A stretch of DNA of 64,000 bases from an uncultured Candidatus Saccharibacteria bacterium (GCA_964608585.1 CAZSOL010000002.1:11-64010); one strand, 5' to 3'; shown: positions 21,301 through 29,440, counted from the stretch's first letter. Program-made: numbers and translations. The notes: generated by a model not told the origin, from the letters alone.

Positions 21301-21733
21301 GATCCTTGAGGTCTACCCAGTAACCAATGCGATCGGTGAACCTCTCCCAGATGTCCACATACTTCCACACGCTCTTCTTACACTCTTCGTTAAACTTGGC
21401 TACACCGTACTCCTCTATCTCCTTCTTGCTCTTTAGGCCCAACTGCTTCTCTACCTCAAGCTCTACAGGCAGACCGTGAGTGTCCCAACCCCCCTTCCTC
21501 GGCACCTTGTACCCACGCATCGTCTTATAACGAGGTATGGTGTCCTTGAAAGCTCTAGCCTCTAGGTGGTGTATGCCAGGCTTGCCGTTAGCTGTAGGTG
21601 GCCCCTCGTAGAAGACAAATTCGCCCTTAGGCGAAGGCTTCTCGAGTGACTTCTCGAATATCTTGTTGTCCTTCCAAAATTGTAAGACTTTCTCTTCCCT
21701 TTCCGATCTAGAAAGGCCTTTATCTTCAGCCAT
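18392..21733 (-). CDS. ileS: isoleucyl-tRNA synthetase carrying an inserted histidine-phosphatase (PGAM-like) domain
   Basis: HIGH (PGIHH), CP1 editing domain, WAISRERYWGTPLPVW, KMSKS; insertion of about 200 aa between ...REYTKKSGNKY and DLHKPYIDD containing RHGGSECN and VTHGG motifs. Confidence 0.92.
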   Translation of the reverse strand: MAEDKGLSRSEREEKVLQFWKDNKIFEKSLEKPSPKGEFVFYEGPPTANGKPGIHHLEARAFKDTIPRYKTMRGYKVPRKGGWDTHGLPVELEVEKQLGLKSKKEIEEYGVAKFNEECKKSVWKYVDIWERFTDRIGYWVDLKDPYITYKNSYIESVWNVVAEADKKKLLYKDYKVVPWCPRCGTGLSSHELAQGYTDVKDLSLYAKFKIVGFDKAYFVAWTTTPWTLPGNLALAVGEDITYVEAKVGEEILVLAKERLSVLTEEYEIIAEHKGSEMVGMEYEPLYNFIKPTDKTFRVYTAPFVTTEDGTGIVHTAVMYGQEDFDLGSKIGLPKQHMVSPDGTFIKGTDWLEGRSVTDESLAVDVLKDLQSRGLLYKKENYTHSYPFCWRCKTRLIYYARDSWYIRMSELRSELMKENEKINWEPSYIKNGRFGEWLREVKDWAISRERYWGTPLPVWLSQDGEKLVIDSVDTIREYTKKSGNKYFVMRHGGSECNKQDLVSYKNEANDHLTEEGRAQVKKNAKTLEDKKIDLIISSPFARTKETAQIVAREIGFNESDIIFDERLREINPGSYDGKNWEEYHNHVYNVGPNWYEEVIGGGESLREVGRRVGECLYEIEEKYKGKNILIVTHGGPAWLSFVVSGYYDPRHKEYHVPKTHIFIKEFKRFQNAEVRDLPFVPLPHNSDYQLDLHKPYIDDIVLVKDGKEYKRTKEVMDVWLDSGAVPVASGTSYPADFISEGLDQTRGWFYTMHAVGAILGKGLAYKNVICLGLIMDKEGKKMSKSVGNIVEPFSAIEKYGVDVLRLWMYSVNQPGEPKNFDEKSVEEINKRVFNLIDNVYTFYDLYRDKSLENNKQPESKNILDVWILEKLRNLIEENTKYIEDYKLLEPVRNVRDFIEDLSTWYVRRSRDRLKQEDKEAKQTLYYVLKSLSKLLAPFAPFAAEELYQKLRIESDVESVHLEAWPEMKKRFSLFGNKSKDIIEDMDNVRGIVSLALEARSRANIKIRQPLQKLEAKSKKLEAGYLELIKDEVNVKEVEIKENLEQEIYLDTTLTPELIEEGKVREIIRNIQETRKEKNLKPTDQMEFAPEEDKDLYKKHREAIERATNTKLLID

Positions 21734-21765
21734 TGTCAGACTACTTTATCACTTTTAAATCAAAA

Positions 21766-23349
21766 TTACATCTTCTCTGGAGCAGGAATACCTAAGATGC
21801 TTAGACCATTCCTCATCACAATCTTGAAGGCTTCTACTATAGCCAAACGATACTTGCTCTCCGGGTCATCGCTTATCACTTGCTCTGTAGCGTAGAAGTG
21901 GTTGAAGGAGGAGGAAAGCTCTGTAAGATAAGTTACCAAATGGTGTGGGGCATACTCCTCGCCCACTCTCTCCACCACTTCGGGGAAGCGGTATAAGAGT
22001 CTCTCAACTTCGTGAGTCTCTTTCCTATCTGCCTTCGTATCTCCTTTGCTCCCAGCTTTTTCTATTACAGAGTTGGCGCGAGCGTGTGCGTATTGTAAGT
22101 AGACACCCGAATCTCCATCGGTTGAGACTGACTTCTCGATATCAAAGATGATGTCGTTGCCTATAGACTGGCGGAGGATCATATACTTGATAGCTCCTAT
22201 GGCTACTCTCTCATCATCCTTCACCCTCTCACGTATCTCACTGATAAGAGTGTCGGCAGTTATAACCTCGCCAGTACGAGAGCTCATCTTGCCTGTAGGT
22301 AAGCGGAGCATACCGTGTGGCAGGTGCTTCGTAGCGGAGGCGAGCTCTGGATACATTTGCGCAAGTGCGGTGAGCATCACCTTGAAGTACTCCTTTATCT
22401 CGTTGCCTGTCACTACTACCGACTTTGTGTACTTCCACTTCTTGTACTTGTTGACCGCATTACCAAGATCCTTGGCCTCATAGGTTGGAAGCTTGTGCCT
22501 GTTTATAAAGACTCTAGTGTGGAGCTTGGGGTCAAACATCTCTCCTCTAAAGACTATGGCTCCTTCTGACTCCTCAAAAATCTTCCCCACGTTCTTCTCC
22601 ACAAGCTCCTTACCAAGCTTGCCCGCCTCAGATTCAAAGAAGTAGTAGTCAAACTTGGTCCCCAACCTCTTATATATATCTTCAAAGTACTTGAGACTTG
22701 CCTTCCTACCCTCTTCGTAGACCTTGTTTATCGCCTTGTCGCTTCTATCGAAAATCTTTTTGTTTATCTCTTCTATCTCCTTCCTTGCCTCAAGGTTATC
22801 TACATAGGCCTTTGCTCCCAAGGGGTATGCACTCTTCCAATCACCATGGAAGTAACCCCAGATAGCCATAGCGATGTGCATACCTGTATCTCCTTGGTAG
22901 TTGGCTCTCCTTACATCGGCCCCACTCCACTCTATAGCACGAGAGACAGCCTCGCCTATGGTGTTGCTCATCAGGTGCCCGATGTGGAACTCCTTGAAGG
23001 GGTTCGGGTCTGTATACTCAACCATAACCTTCTCTCCCTTTAGCTTCTTGAGTCTTCCATACTTCTTGTCTTGCTTTATAACCTCCTTAAGAGAGTCGAC
23101 AAAAAACTTTTTGGACAAATAGAAGTTGATGAAGCCGGGACCGACCATCTCTACTCTCTCCACCTCTTCAGGCTTGTTCTTGCTCAAATAATCAAAGATC
23201 TCTTGCTTCCTACTTTGGTTCTTTATACCAACGTTTGTAGAGTAGTCCCCCATCTTGAGGTCTACCGGATGCTCCACGACAAAGCTCGCATCGACGATAC
23301 CAACATCCTCTAAAGCTCGCTTGATTAGATTAAATATAGTTTCTCTCAC
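21766..23349 (-). CDS. argS: arginyl-tRNA synthetase (GTG start)
   Basis: HIGH (FHIGHLMSN), ArgRS catalytic core and DALR-type C-terminus ending ...PEKM. Confidence 0.85.
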   Translation of the reverse strand: MRETIFNLIKRALEDVGIVDASFVVEHPVDLKMGDYSTNVGIKNQSRKQEIFDYLSKNKPEEVERVEMVGPGFINFYLSKKFFVDSLKEVIKQDKKYGRLKKLKGEKVMVEYTDPNPFKEFHIGHLMSNTIGEAVSRAIEWSGADVRRANYQGDTGMHIAMAIWGYFHGDWKSAYPLGAKAYVDNLEARKEIEEINKKIFDRSDKAINKVYEEGRKASLKYFEDIYKRLGTKFDYYFFESEAGKLGKELVEKNVGKIFEESEGAIVFRGEMFDPKLHTRVFINRHKLPTYEAKDLGNAVNKYKKWKYTKSVVVTGNEIKEYFKVMLTALAQMYPELASATKHLPHGMLRLPTGKMSSRTGEVITADTLISEIRERVKDDERVAIGAIKYMILRQSIGNDIIFDIEKSVSTDGDSGVYLQYAHARANSVIEKAGSKGDTKADRKETHEVERLLYRFPEVVERVGEEYAPHHLVTYLTELSSSFNHFYATEQVISDDPESKYRLAIVEAFKIVMRNGLSILGIPAPEKM

Positions 23350-23379
23350 CCACTCATAATAGCTGAAACGAGAGGTAAA

Positions 23380-23407
23380 AGAAAAAGCCCGCTCTCCAGA
23401 GCGGGCT
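23380..23407 (-). terminator. rho-independent terminator downstream of tmk
   Basis: agcccgctct/agagcgggct 10-bp stem followed by T-run on minus strand. Confidence 0.75.
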
Positions 23408-23413
23408 TTGGAC

Positions 23414-24037
23414 TTAGTGGCTTAGAAGCGCACGTAGAGCCCCATTGTAGAAGTCGTTCCAGACTTCAACTGGGGTACGAGAGGCGTCTAGCTCTCGCAC
23501 GTTGCCGATACTTGCAAACTCACGATAGCCCTGCCGAACCCGATTATGAAAACCGAGGTCCATCTCGTCGAAAAGGTTGCGGTCCTTGGCACCATGCTTT
23601 CTCTTAAGACCGACCATAGGGTCAATGTCGAGATAGATGTAAGTAGGCACCACACGGCCTCCAAACATAGACTCTCTGACCTGACGGAAGGTGGTCTTCA
23701 GTTGATGGTGTTCCTCACCAAAGATCTGGTAGGCAAAGGTAGACATATCAAACCTGTCTGAGACTACATCAACCCCAGCTTCTAGGGCCGGTACAATCTT
23801 CTGGGCAATGTGATCAGCTCTTGCCGCCCAGAAGAGATGGAAGCGGGTCTCTGCATCGAAGCTCTCCCCTTCCTTAGAAAAAAGTAGGGAGCGAATCTTC
23901 TCCGCAAAAGGGGTACCACCCGGCTCTCGGGTCACGATGAGCTTCTTCGGATCAGACATCTCCCCCAATCGCTTAATGATGGTGGACTTGCCCGAACCTT
24001 CGCCCCCCTCAACCACAATCAATCGTCCGCGCTTCAT
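23414..24037 (-). CDS. tmk: thymidylate kinase
   Basis: P-loop VVEGGEGSGKST, TREPGGT and DRF motifs; GC-rich relative to flanks. Confidence 0.9.
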   Translation of the reverse strand: MKRGRLIVVEGGEGSGKSTIIKRLGEMSDPKKLIVTREPGGTPFAEKIRSLLFSKEGESFDAETRFHLFWAARADHIAQKIVPALEAGVDVVSDRFDMSTFAYQIFGEEHHQLKTTFRQVRESMFGGRVVPTYIYLDIDPMVGLKRKHGAKDRNLFDEMDLGFHNRVRQGYREFASIGNVRELDASRTPVEVWNDFYNGALRALLSH

Positions 24038-24144
24038 AAAGAGCTCCTGTGTACAGGTTTTTGATCTTCAGTAAGCGTAAACTCTTCCGAGTTGGAGTCA
24101 ATATTGACTCAAAGAAAAAGGCGGGGTGTTAACCCGCCAGTTGT

Positions 24145-25191
24145 CTACTCATCCGAGAGAGAGAGTACAAAATCAGTCAAAGTCTCATCGCCTCGCATTC
24201 CCTCAAGAACGGCTTCCCGAGATGTAAGCTTCGAGAAGTCATGTTCACCCTTGAGGGTCTTCCGATATTGGATCCACTTGGGTCCGAAGTTCCCTCCTTG
24301 TGGTCCTAGGAATGCCCCCGTGTGATCGTGGGTCGTTGCCGGATGCTCGAAGGGCGAAGTGTGACCACTACTCTGGAGCCGATCAGCAAGCTTTAGGTCT
24401 TCGTCAAGACTCCGCTTGCCATCGTGAGTAAGATAACTTACCCGCGCGCAACGCCCAGAAGAAATTCTGGCAAGAACCCACGGGTCACCAACCTCCGAAC
24501 GGTCTTCGTCGAAGATGTAAGGAAGGTGCCACTCCATATGGTCAAGCTCAACCGGTTTGCTTGTGCTATGAGCCTTAGCCATCGCTATTGCGAGAGCTTG
24601 GATCTCTGGCTGAGCCATTGGAGATGCCCGAAGGGCGTAGAAGTTCCGCCAGTAGGTTCCTGTAACGATCACCGTGTGCCAAGCATATGGCTCCAACACT
24701 CGGTTAGCGTGTTGCTTGTGAACACCAACAGAAAGCATCTTCATCTTCAAAGCAACATCTCGATACTCTTGGCAGAGTTGTTCAATCTGTTCACAGGCAG
24801 CAATAGCCCGTAGATCCTCCTTAGCATCTTTCACGATCTGATATGTTCCACCAGCAAGGAAAAAAGCTTGGATGATTGAGACATCTCTGCCGATGAGCCA
24901 GTTATTCCTAGCAGAATCACTATCCTTACCAGAAACCTCTTCGGCCGACTGCATTCCAGCCTTGTTCCTACCGAAGGCCATCGGTACAAATGGATGTTCC
25001 AGAAGCTCCAATAGACGCTTCCAAACAGGGATTGCTCTCGAACTCGCCGAGTTACGAGAAAGGACTCGGTGTGTGTTGAACTCCGCGAGGATAAACCTCG
25101 GGAAGGTCAGCTCGAAAGTTGTCAGACGACTTCCATCGTGGGAGCTGTCTGCTACGACTTTCGCTTGGATACCTACGCGTTCAGTTTGCAC
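24145..25191 (-). CDS. ThyX-like flavin-dependent thymidylate synthase homolog, non-canonical (THR for RHR motif; extra ThyX N-terminal-like segment at C-terminus); GTG start
   Basis: FNTHRVLSRNSASSRA aligns to ThyX motif RHRx7S; ALRASPMAQPEIQALAIA aligns to conserved ThyX C-terminal helix; C-terminal CARVSY...GHTSPFEH matches ThyX N-terminal ARVS...GHxSPFEH. Confidence 0.65.
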   Translation of the reverse strand: MQTERVGIQAKVVADSSHDGSRLTTFELTFPRFILAEFNTHRVLSRNSASSRAIPVWKRLLELLEHPFVPMAFGRNKAGMQSAEEVSGKDSDSARNNWLIGRDVSIIQAFFLAGGTYQIVKDAKEDLRAIAACEQIEQLCQEYRDVALKMKMLSVGVHKQHANRVLEPYAWHTVIVTGTYWRNFYALRASPMAQPEIQALAIAMAKAHSTSKPVELDHMEWHLPYIFDEDRSEVGDPWVLARISSGRCARVSYLTHDGKRSLDEDLKLADRLQSSGHTSPFEHPATTHDHTGAFLGPQGGNFGPKWIQYRKTLKGEHDFSKLTSREAVLEGMRGDETLTDFVLSLSDE

Positions 25192-25264
25192 AGAAACCTC
25201 TGGTTGATGTTTGAAGGTCCTAAATCCAAACGAACACTACCATAAAGTTTTCTTACAAACAACG

Positions 25265-25310
25265 AAGAAAAAGCCCCGTGATGCATCACTGCATCACGGG
25301 GTGTTTTGTT
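25265..25310. terminator. bidirectional rho-independent terminator (12-bp perfect stem)
   Basis: ccccgtgatgca-tcac-tgcatcacgggg hairpin with A-run upstream and T-run downstream. Confidence 0.8.
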
Positions 25311-25788
25311 ATCGAGGCGGAAGCTTGAAGCCATGTGACTCTGCAGTACCATGAAGACGAAAAGAAGGCTTCTTCTCAACGAAGATCTCTCGCTCAAAGG
25401 CAAGAACCAAATCCACCACCTCATCGAAGTTGGAATACTTCACCAACTTGAAGTCTGGGTGAGTGATACCTGCGATCAAGCGACTTGGGTTGTTGTCCTT
25501 GGAGGCCAAACCAAGAACTGGCTTGCCTCGAAGTTCAATCGCAGTAGACATCTCATAACCAAGACCAAGCGACGGAAAGTCGAGAAATGCAACCATGAGG
25601 TCACACCCAGCAACGTGGTTATGGATATCCAGCTTGTACACATCTTGATCGGTCCCTGGGTGAGGATACAGAAACTTGAGAACTTCAAAGTGCTTATCTA
25701 GCAGTTCTCTCGTCTCCTTCACTCTCTCTACATACCATTCAGAAGCACCTTGCAGGGCACAACCAACGTAGAGCTTACGCTTGGGCAC
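25309..25788 (-). CDS. nucleoside 2-deoxyribosyltransferase-like / DNPH1(Rcl)-like protein (GTG start, AAGGAGA SD)
   Basis: KLYVGCAL start of Rossmann-like fold and D..GLGYEMSTAIELRGKPVLGL matching the D.GT.fE.GyA...GKPV signature of the deoxyribosyltransferase-like superfamily. Confidence 0.5.
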   Translation of the reverse strand: MPKRKLYVGCALQGASEWYVERVKETRELLDKHFEVLKFLYPHPGTDQDVYKLDIHNHVAGCDLMVAFLDFPSLGLGYEMSTAIELRGKPVLGLASKDNNPSRLIAGITHPDFKLVKYSNFDEVVDLVLAFEREIFVEKKPSFRLHGTAESHGFKLPPR

Positions 25789-25860
25789 TTGAGTCTCCTT
25801 GTGTTGAGATCTTTTCTGAGAGACAGATTACTTTATATACAAAACAAAAGCAAAAGAGTC

Positions 25861-26283
25861 TTACTTCACCTCCACACCCATTGAGCGAGCAGAGCCTTCA
25901 ATAATCCTCATTGCGGCGTCTATGTCGGTAGCGTTGAGGTCGGCCATCTTCTTCTCGGCTATAGCCCTCACTTGTGCCTTAGAAATGGAACCAATTTTAG
26001 AAGTATTTGGCTTGCCACTACCCTTCTCCTTACCCAAGGTCTTGAGTATTAGGTTAGCTGCAGGCTCGGTCTTGTAGATCATCCCATAAGTACGGTCATC
26101 GTAGACCTCAACCACTGTAGGCACTATCTCACCTACTCTGTCCTTGGTCTCATCGTTAAAGCGCTTAACGAACTCACCAATGTTAAGCCCTGCACCTCCA
26201 AGTACTGGACCAAGAGCTTGTCCTGGGACAGCCTTACCGCCGGGGATCTGGAGCTTTAATACCTTTGTAACTTTCTTTGCCAT
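25861..26283 (-). CDS. rplK: 50S ribosomal protein L11
   Basis: Canonical L11 sequence (PGGKAVPGQALGP...). Confidence 0.95.
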   Translation of the reverse strand: MAKKVTKVLKLQIPGGKAVPGQALGPVLGGAGLNIGEFVKRFNDETKDRVGEIVPTVVEVYDDRTYGMIYKTEPAANLILKTLGKEKGSGKPNTSKIGSISKAQVRAIAEKKMADLNATDIDAAMRIIEGSARSMGVEVK

Positions 26284-26308
26284 AAATATATTGGGACCTT
26301 AGAGTACC

Positions 26309-26854
26309 TTACATCTTCTTAACCTGCAAGAAGTCGAGCTCAACAGGAGTCTCACGACCAAACATTGAGACAAGCACCTTGACCTTACCTCTCTCCTGAT
26401 CAATCTCGGAAACCTTGCCCTCAAGGTCTTTGAAAGGACCGTCTACGATAAGGACCGCATCCTCCTCTGACAGGTTGATAGTGTGCATCACCTTGTCTGC
26501 GTTCATCCTAGCGAAGAGAGAGTCCACCTCAGCCTTATCTATCGGCACAGGGTACACTCCAGAGCCAACGAAACCTGTAACTCTTGGAGTGTTCCTCACC
26601 ACATACCATGAGTCGTCTGTCACTATCATATCCACCAAGATGTAGCCGGGGTATATCTTCTCTTCCTCCTCTACTCGCTTACCTCCCTTGATCTTGATCT
26701 TCTTCTCGGTAGGGACAATAACATTGAAGATCTTGTCCTCCATACCTAGAGACTCTATGCGTTGCTTCAAATTCCTCTGCACGGCGTTCTCATACCCTGC
26801 ATATGTGTGAATGACGTACCAGTTGCGACCTTCTGAGATTTTTTGCTTTGACAT
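26309..26854 (-). CDS. nusG: transcription antitermination factor NusG (start at MSKQK, not the longer ORF)
   Basis: NGN domain WYVIHTYAGYEN and KOW domain; longer ORF would overlap secE. Confidence 0.9.
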   Translation of the reverse strand: MSKQKISEGRNWYVIHTYAGYENAVQRNLKQRIESLGMEDKIFNVIVPTEKKIKIKGGKRVEEEEKIYPGYILVDMIVTDDSWYVVRNTPRVTGFVGSGVYPVPIDKAEVDSLFARMNADKVMHTINLSEEDAVLIVDGPFKDLEGKVSEIDQERGKVKVLVSMFGRETPVELDFLQVKKM

Positions 26855-26859
26855 TGTGT

Positions 26860-27042
26860 TTAGATAACAAACTTTTGAATAACCAAAGACAAGATGTAGT
26901 CGAAGAAACCAAGAAGAACTGCAGTGATAATAGACACAGCTATAACAATAAGGGTAAAGCCCATAGTCTCCCTCCTTGTTGGCCACTTAACGTGCACAAG
27001 CTCTGCCTTCGTATCGCGGATGTATTGTATGAATCTCTTCAT
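26860..27042 (-). CDS. secE: preprotein translocase subunit SecE
   Basis: 60-aa single-TM protein upstream of nusG-rplK. Confidence 0.8.
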   Translation of the reverse strand: MKRFIQYIRDTKAELVHVKWPTRRETMGFTLIVIAVSIITAVLLGFFDYILSLVIQKFVI

Positions 27043-27132
27043 CTCTTTTACTAAAAAACGCCCCTCGGCGTCTTTTAGATAATACTATACTCGAACCCCT
27101 AGGTCAAACCCCCCTGCCACTGCGGGGCAAGC

Positions 27133-27921
27133 CTACCTTATCTCGTAGGTGATGGTGACGTTTGAGGTGACCTTGCTCTCACCTGTTGGGACGTCTATAG
27201 CCTTTGAGTCAGCTCCGCCCATACCCATAACTAGGCCCTCTCGGTAAACAGTAGGATAAGGTCCTGGGTTGTAGGTGTTGTCGCTAAAGTCCACCACCTT
27301 GCCAAGCCTTACTCCTAAAGACTTTGCCAAAGCCTTAGCCTTCGCACGGGCCTCGCTTACCGCCTCGTCTCTAGCCTCTGCCATAACCATATCTGGATTG
27401 TCTATGGTAAAGGAGAGTGAGGAGATGTTGGTAGCTCCATTGGCTCCAGCCAAAGAGAGGGCCTGACCAGCGTCAGCGGTGTTCCTGACCTTGATAGATA
27501 CAGTATGAGTTACTGTATAACCATCTGGGATCTGTCTTGAAGGAGGACAGTAGCTGTAAGTACAAGCAACTGGCTCATAGGTGTACTTGGGGTAGACAGA
27601 GTAGTCCACGGTGCGGATATCTCTCTCTTCTATACCCATATCCTTAAGAGCTTCCAAGATTGCATTGACCTTATCTGTCACAGCATCTTGTGCTGCGCCA
27701 ACCGTCTTAGCATCGTTAGACACCGAGAAGGAGAAGCTCGCAATGTCTGGCTGAGCAAAGGCCTCACCCTGACCAGTAACTACTATGGTGCTATAAGCTG
27801 CACTAGGAGACCTCCACTCCTTAAACCCGCCCAAAATCTGAATAACAAGAAACAAAATTACTAATAAACTACCTATTTTGAGGAAACGCTTGCCCTCAAA
27901 TGAATTAAAATATTCTTGCAT
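27133..27921 (-). CDS. SIMPL/DUF541-family periplasmic protein (YggE-like)
   Basis: N-terminal TM/signal anchor then DUF541 pattern. Confidence 0.65.
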   Translation of the reverse strand: MQEYFNSFEGKRFLKIGSLLVILFLVIQILGGFKEWRSPSAAYSTIVVTGQGEAFAQPDIASFSFSVSNDAKTVGAAQDAVTDKVNAILEALKDMGIEERDIRTVDYSVYPKYTYEPVACTYSYCPPSRQIPDGYTVTHTVSIKVRNTADAGQALSLAGANGATNISSLSFTIDNPDMVMAEARDEAVSEARAKAKALAKSLGVRLGKVVDFSDNTYNPGPYPTVYREGLVMGMGGADSKAIDVPTGESKVTSNVTITYEIR

Positions 27922-27933
27922 GCGAAGAGTATA

Positions 27934-28608
27934 TCATAAGCTCCGCACCCTCCTCTTCCACCACTCTCTCTCGGACAAAAAGACGTTAAAGATAAGTATA
28001 GACGAGCTAACCGTAAGAAGCCCTAGAGCCATACCCGCCAAGACATCTAACGCAAAGTGGGCTCCAAGATAAACCCTAGAGAAGGAGACTAGAAGAGCAC
28101 TGGCGATACAAGCGATGATGACAAAGACTCTGACAGCCCAGTTTCTTGATATAGAGAAGAAGGAGTACCCTGTGACAAAGAAGAAGGCGGTGGCTACCGT
28201 AGCATGCCCCGAGGGGAAGCTCCAACCAGAGAGATCTGTAACCAAACTGTCCAAAGGTCTTGGGATACTCAAAGAGCTCTTCATCACTACAAAAGCTACT
28301 ACGGAGACAAAAAGGGAGAATATGTAAAGTAGTGTGTCGTACAAGTCTCTATGAAGAACCAGAAGTATAGAGAGGACTATAGCTAAACTCGTAAGGACGA
28401 AAGGAGAGCCAATGTTGGTGATGAAGAGCATCAAGTTGGTCAGAGCTGGTGTACGAAGATGGGAGACAACCGTCTCTATAAGAGTGTTGAAAGGGGTAAG
28501 CTCCCCCACTCCGGAAGTTGCTCCGGCAGTAAGGATAATGAGGGTGAGGCCAGAGAAGATGGCTATGAGCAGAAAAAAAATATTTTTTATCGTTCGCGAA
28601 AGATTCAT
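27934..28608 (-). CDS. PAP2-family phosphatase (undecaprenyl-diphosphatase-like)
   Basis: KSSLSIPRP, PSGH and SRVYLGAHFALD phosphatase motifs, multiple TM helices. Confidence 0.8.
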   Translation of the reverse strand: MNLSRTIKNIFFLLIAIFSGLTLIILTAGATSGVGELTPFNTLIETVVSHLRTPALTNLMLFITNIGSPFVLTSLAIVLSILLVLHRDLYDTLLYIFSLFVSVVAFVVMKSSLSIPRPLDSLVTDLSGWSFPSGHATVATAFFFVTGYSFFSISRNWAVRVFVIIACIASALLVSFSRVYLGAHFALDVLAGMALGLLTVSSSILIFNVFLSEREWWKRRVRSL

Positions 28609-28627
28609 TTGCTTATAAATCGTAGCA

Positions 28628-28664
28628 TATAAAAGTTGAAGCCCCGGCGCAGATGCGCCGGGGC
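28628..28664 (-). terminator. GC-palindrome terminator (gccccggcgc-agat-gcgccggggc)
   Basis: Perfect 24-nt palindrome followed by T-rich run on minus strand; near-identical element at 38063-38086. Confidence 0.6.
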
Positions 28665-28691
28665 TGTTCTAAGGTGCTTGTGTTCGGTTGA

Positions 28692-29030
28692 TCAGGACAC
28701 CGACGCTTCCTTCTCCAGACGTCGTCTGGCGAGAGAAGCGTAGACGTGGTCATCACTGGCGTGGAACATCGAGGCGACCTCGTTCTCCGTCTCGTAACCG
28801 TAGTAACGAGCGAGGAAGTCATAGTCTGCCCGACGCTGGTCCTTCTCCTTGAAGGACCTCTCGGCCAAACGCCTAATACAGATGAGACCTTCCTCATCAA
28901 TCGGATGGTTTTCTGGTGCCCCCTTCACCTGCGAAGCCTCGCTCCTCGGTCGGCCCTTGCCGATCTTGGAGTTGAGCTTGGTCCCGGAACCTGCTGAGGC
29001 TTGCGGATGTGCCATTCGGAATTTCCTCAA
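28692..29030 (-). CDS. hypothetical protein in GC-rich (about 58%) segment, AT-hook-like KGRPR motif; GAGGAA SD
   Basis: ORF with strong SD and compositionally distinct from flanking low-GC genes. Confidence 0.45.
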   Translation of the reverse strand: MRKFRMAHPQASAGSGTKLNSKIGKGRPRSEASQVKGAPENHPIDEEGLICIRRLAERSFKEKDQRRADYDFLARYYGYETENEVASMFHASDDHVYASLARRRLEKEASVS

Positions 29031-29173
29031 TACTGGAAGTGGGGTGTTACTTCAGTTGTCAAAGGTGCTTGCACTAACCCTAAAGCGCTTCTCCGAGGCG
29101 CTTTGTCCAAGGTTAAGTCTGGGTGAGAGTGTCTTTTATCTATTCTACTACTTAAGCAAAATTAGTCAAGACT

Positions 29174-29419
29174 TTATAGAGCAAGTAGCTCTTGAACCTT
29201 GTCTCTTATTCCGTAAGTTCTGGTTATATCTAAAGGAGTTGCCTCCCCCTTTCTAACCATTTCTATCTTTTCTACCAACCTTTCGGCTGTATATGTCTTA
29301 GCTGTACCTCTAATGTCCCCAATTTGTCTTAAGACTTGATAGAGGTCTTCAAAGCTATTAGCAGACTTAATAAGATCTTCTCTTTCTGACAAAGTATCTA
29401 TTATTGGTTCTCCTTCCAT
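29174..29419 (-). CDS. hypothetical small protein (AT-rich), immediately downstream of tRNA-His
   Basis: 81-aa ORF starting 24 nt after tRNA-His 3' end. Confidence 0.35.
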   Translation of the reverse strand: MEGEPIIDTLSEREDLIKSANSFEDLYQVLRQIGDIRGTAKTYTAERLVEKIEMVRKGEATPLDITRTYGIRDKVQELLAL

Positions 29420-29440
29420 AAAATTATTATATATTATTTT

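Noticed and set aside
26855-26986. Longer NusG ORF starting at 26986
   Set aside because: Would overlap secE by 127 nt; conserved NusG N-terminus begins at MSKQK (26854).
27043-27132. Promoter TTGACC-17-TATTAT upstream of secE on minus strand
   Set aside because: A terminator-like hairpin (acgcc-gagg-ggcgt + T-run) lies between it and secE, so the two calls conflict; neither reported as a feature.
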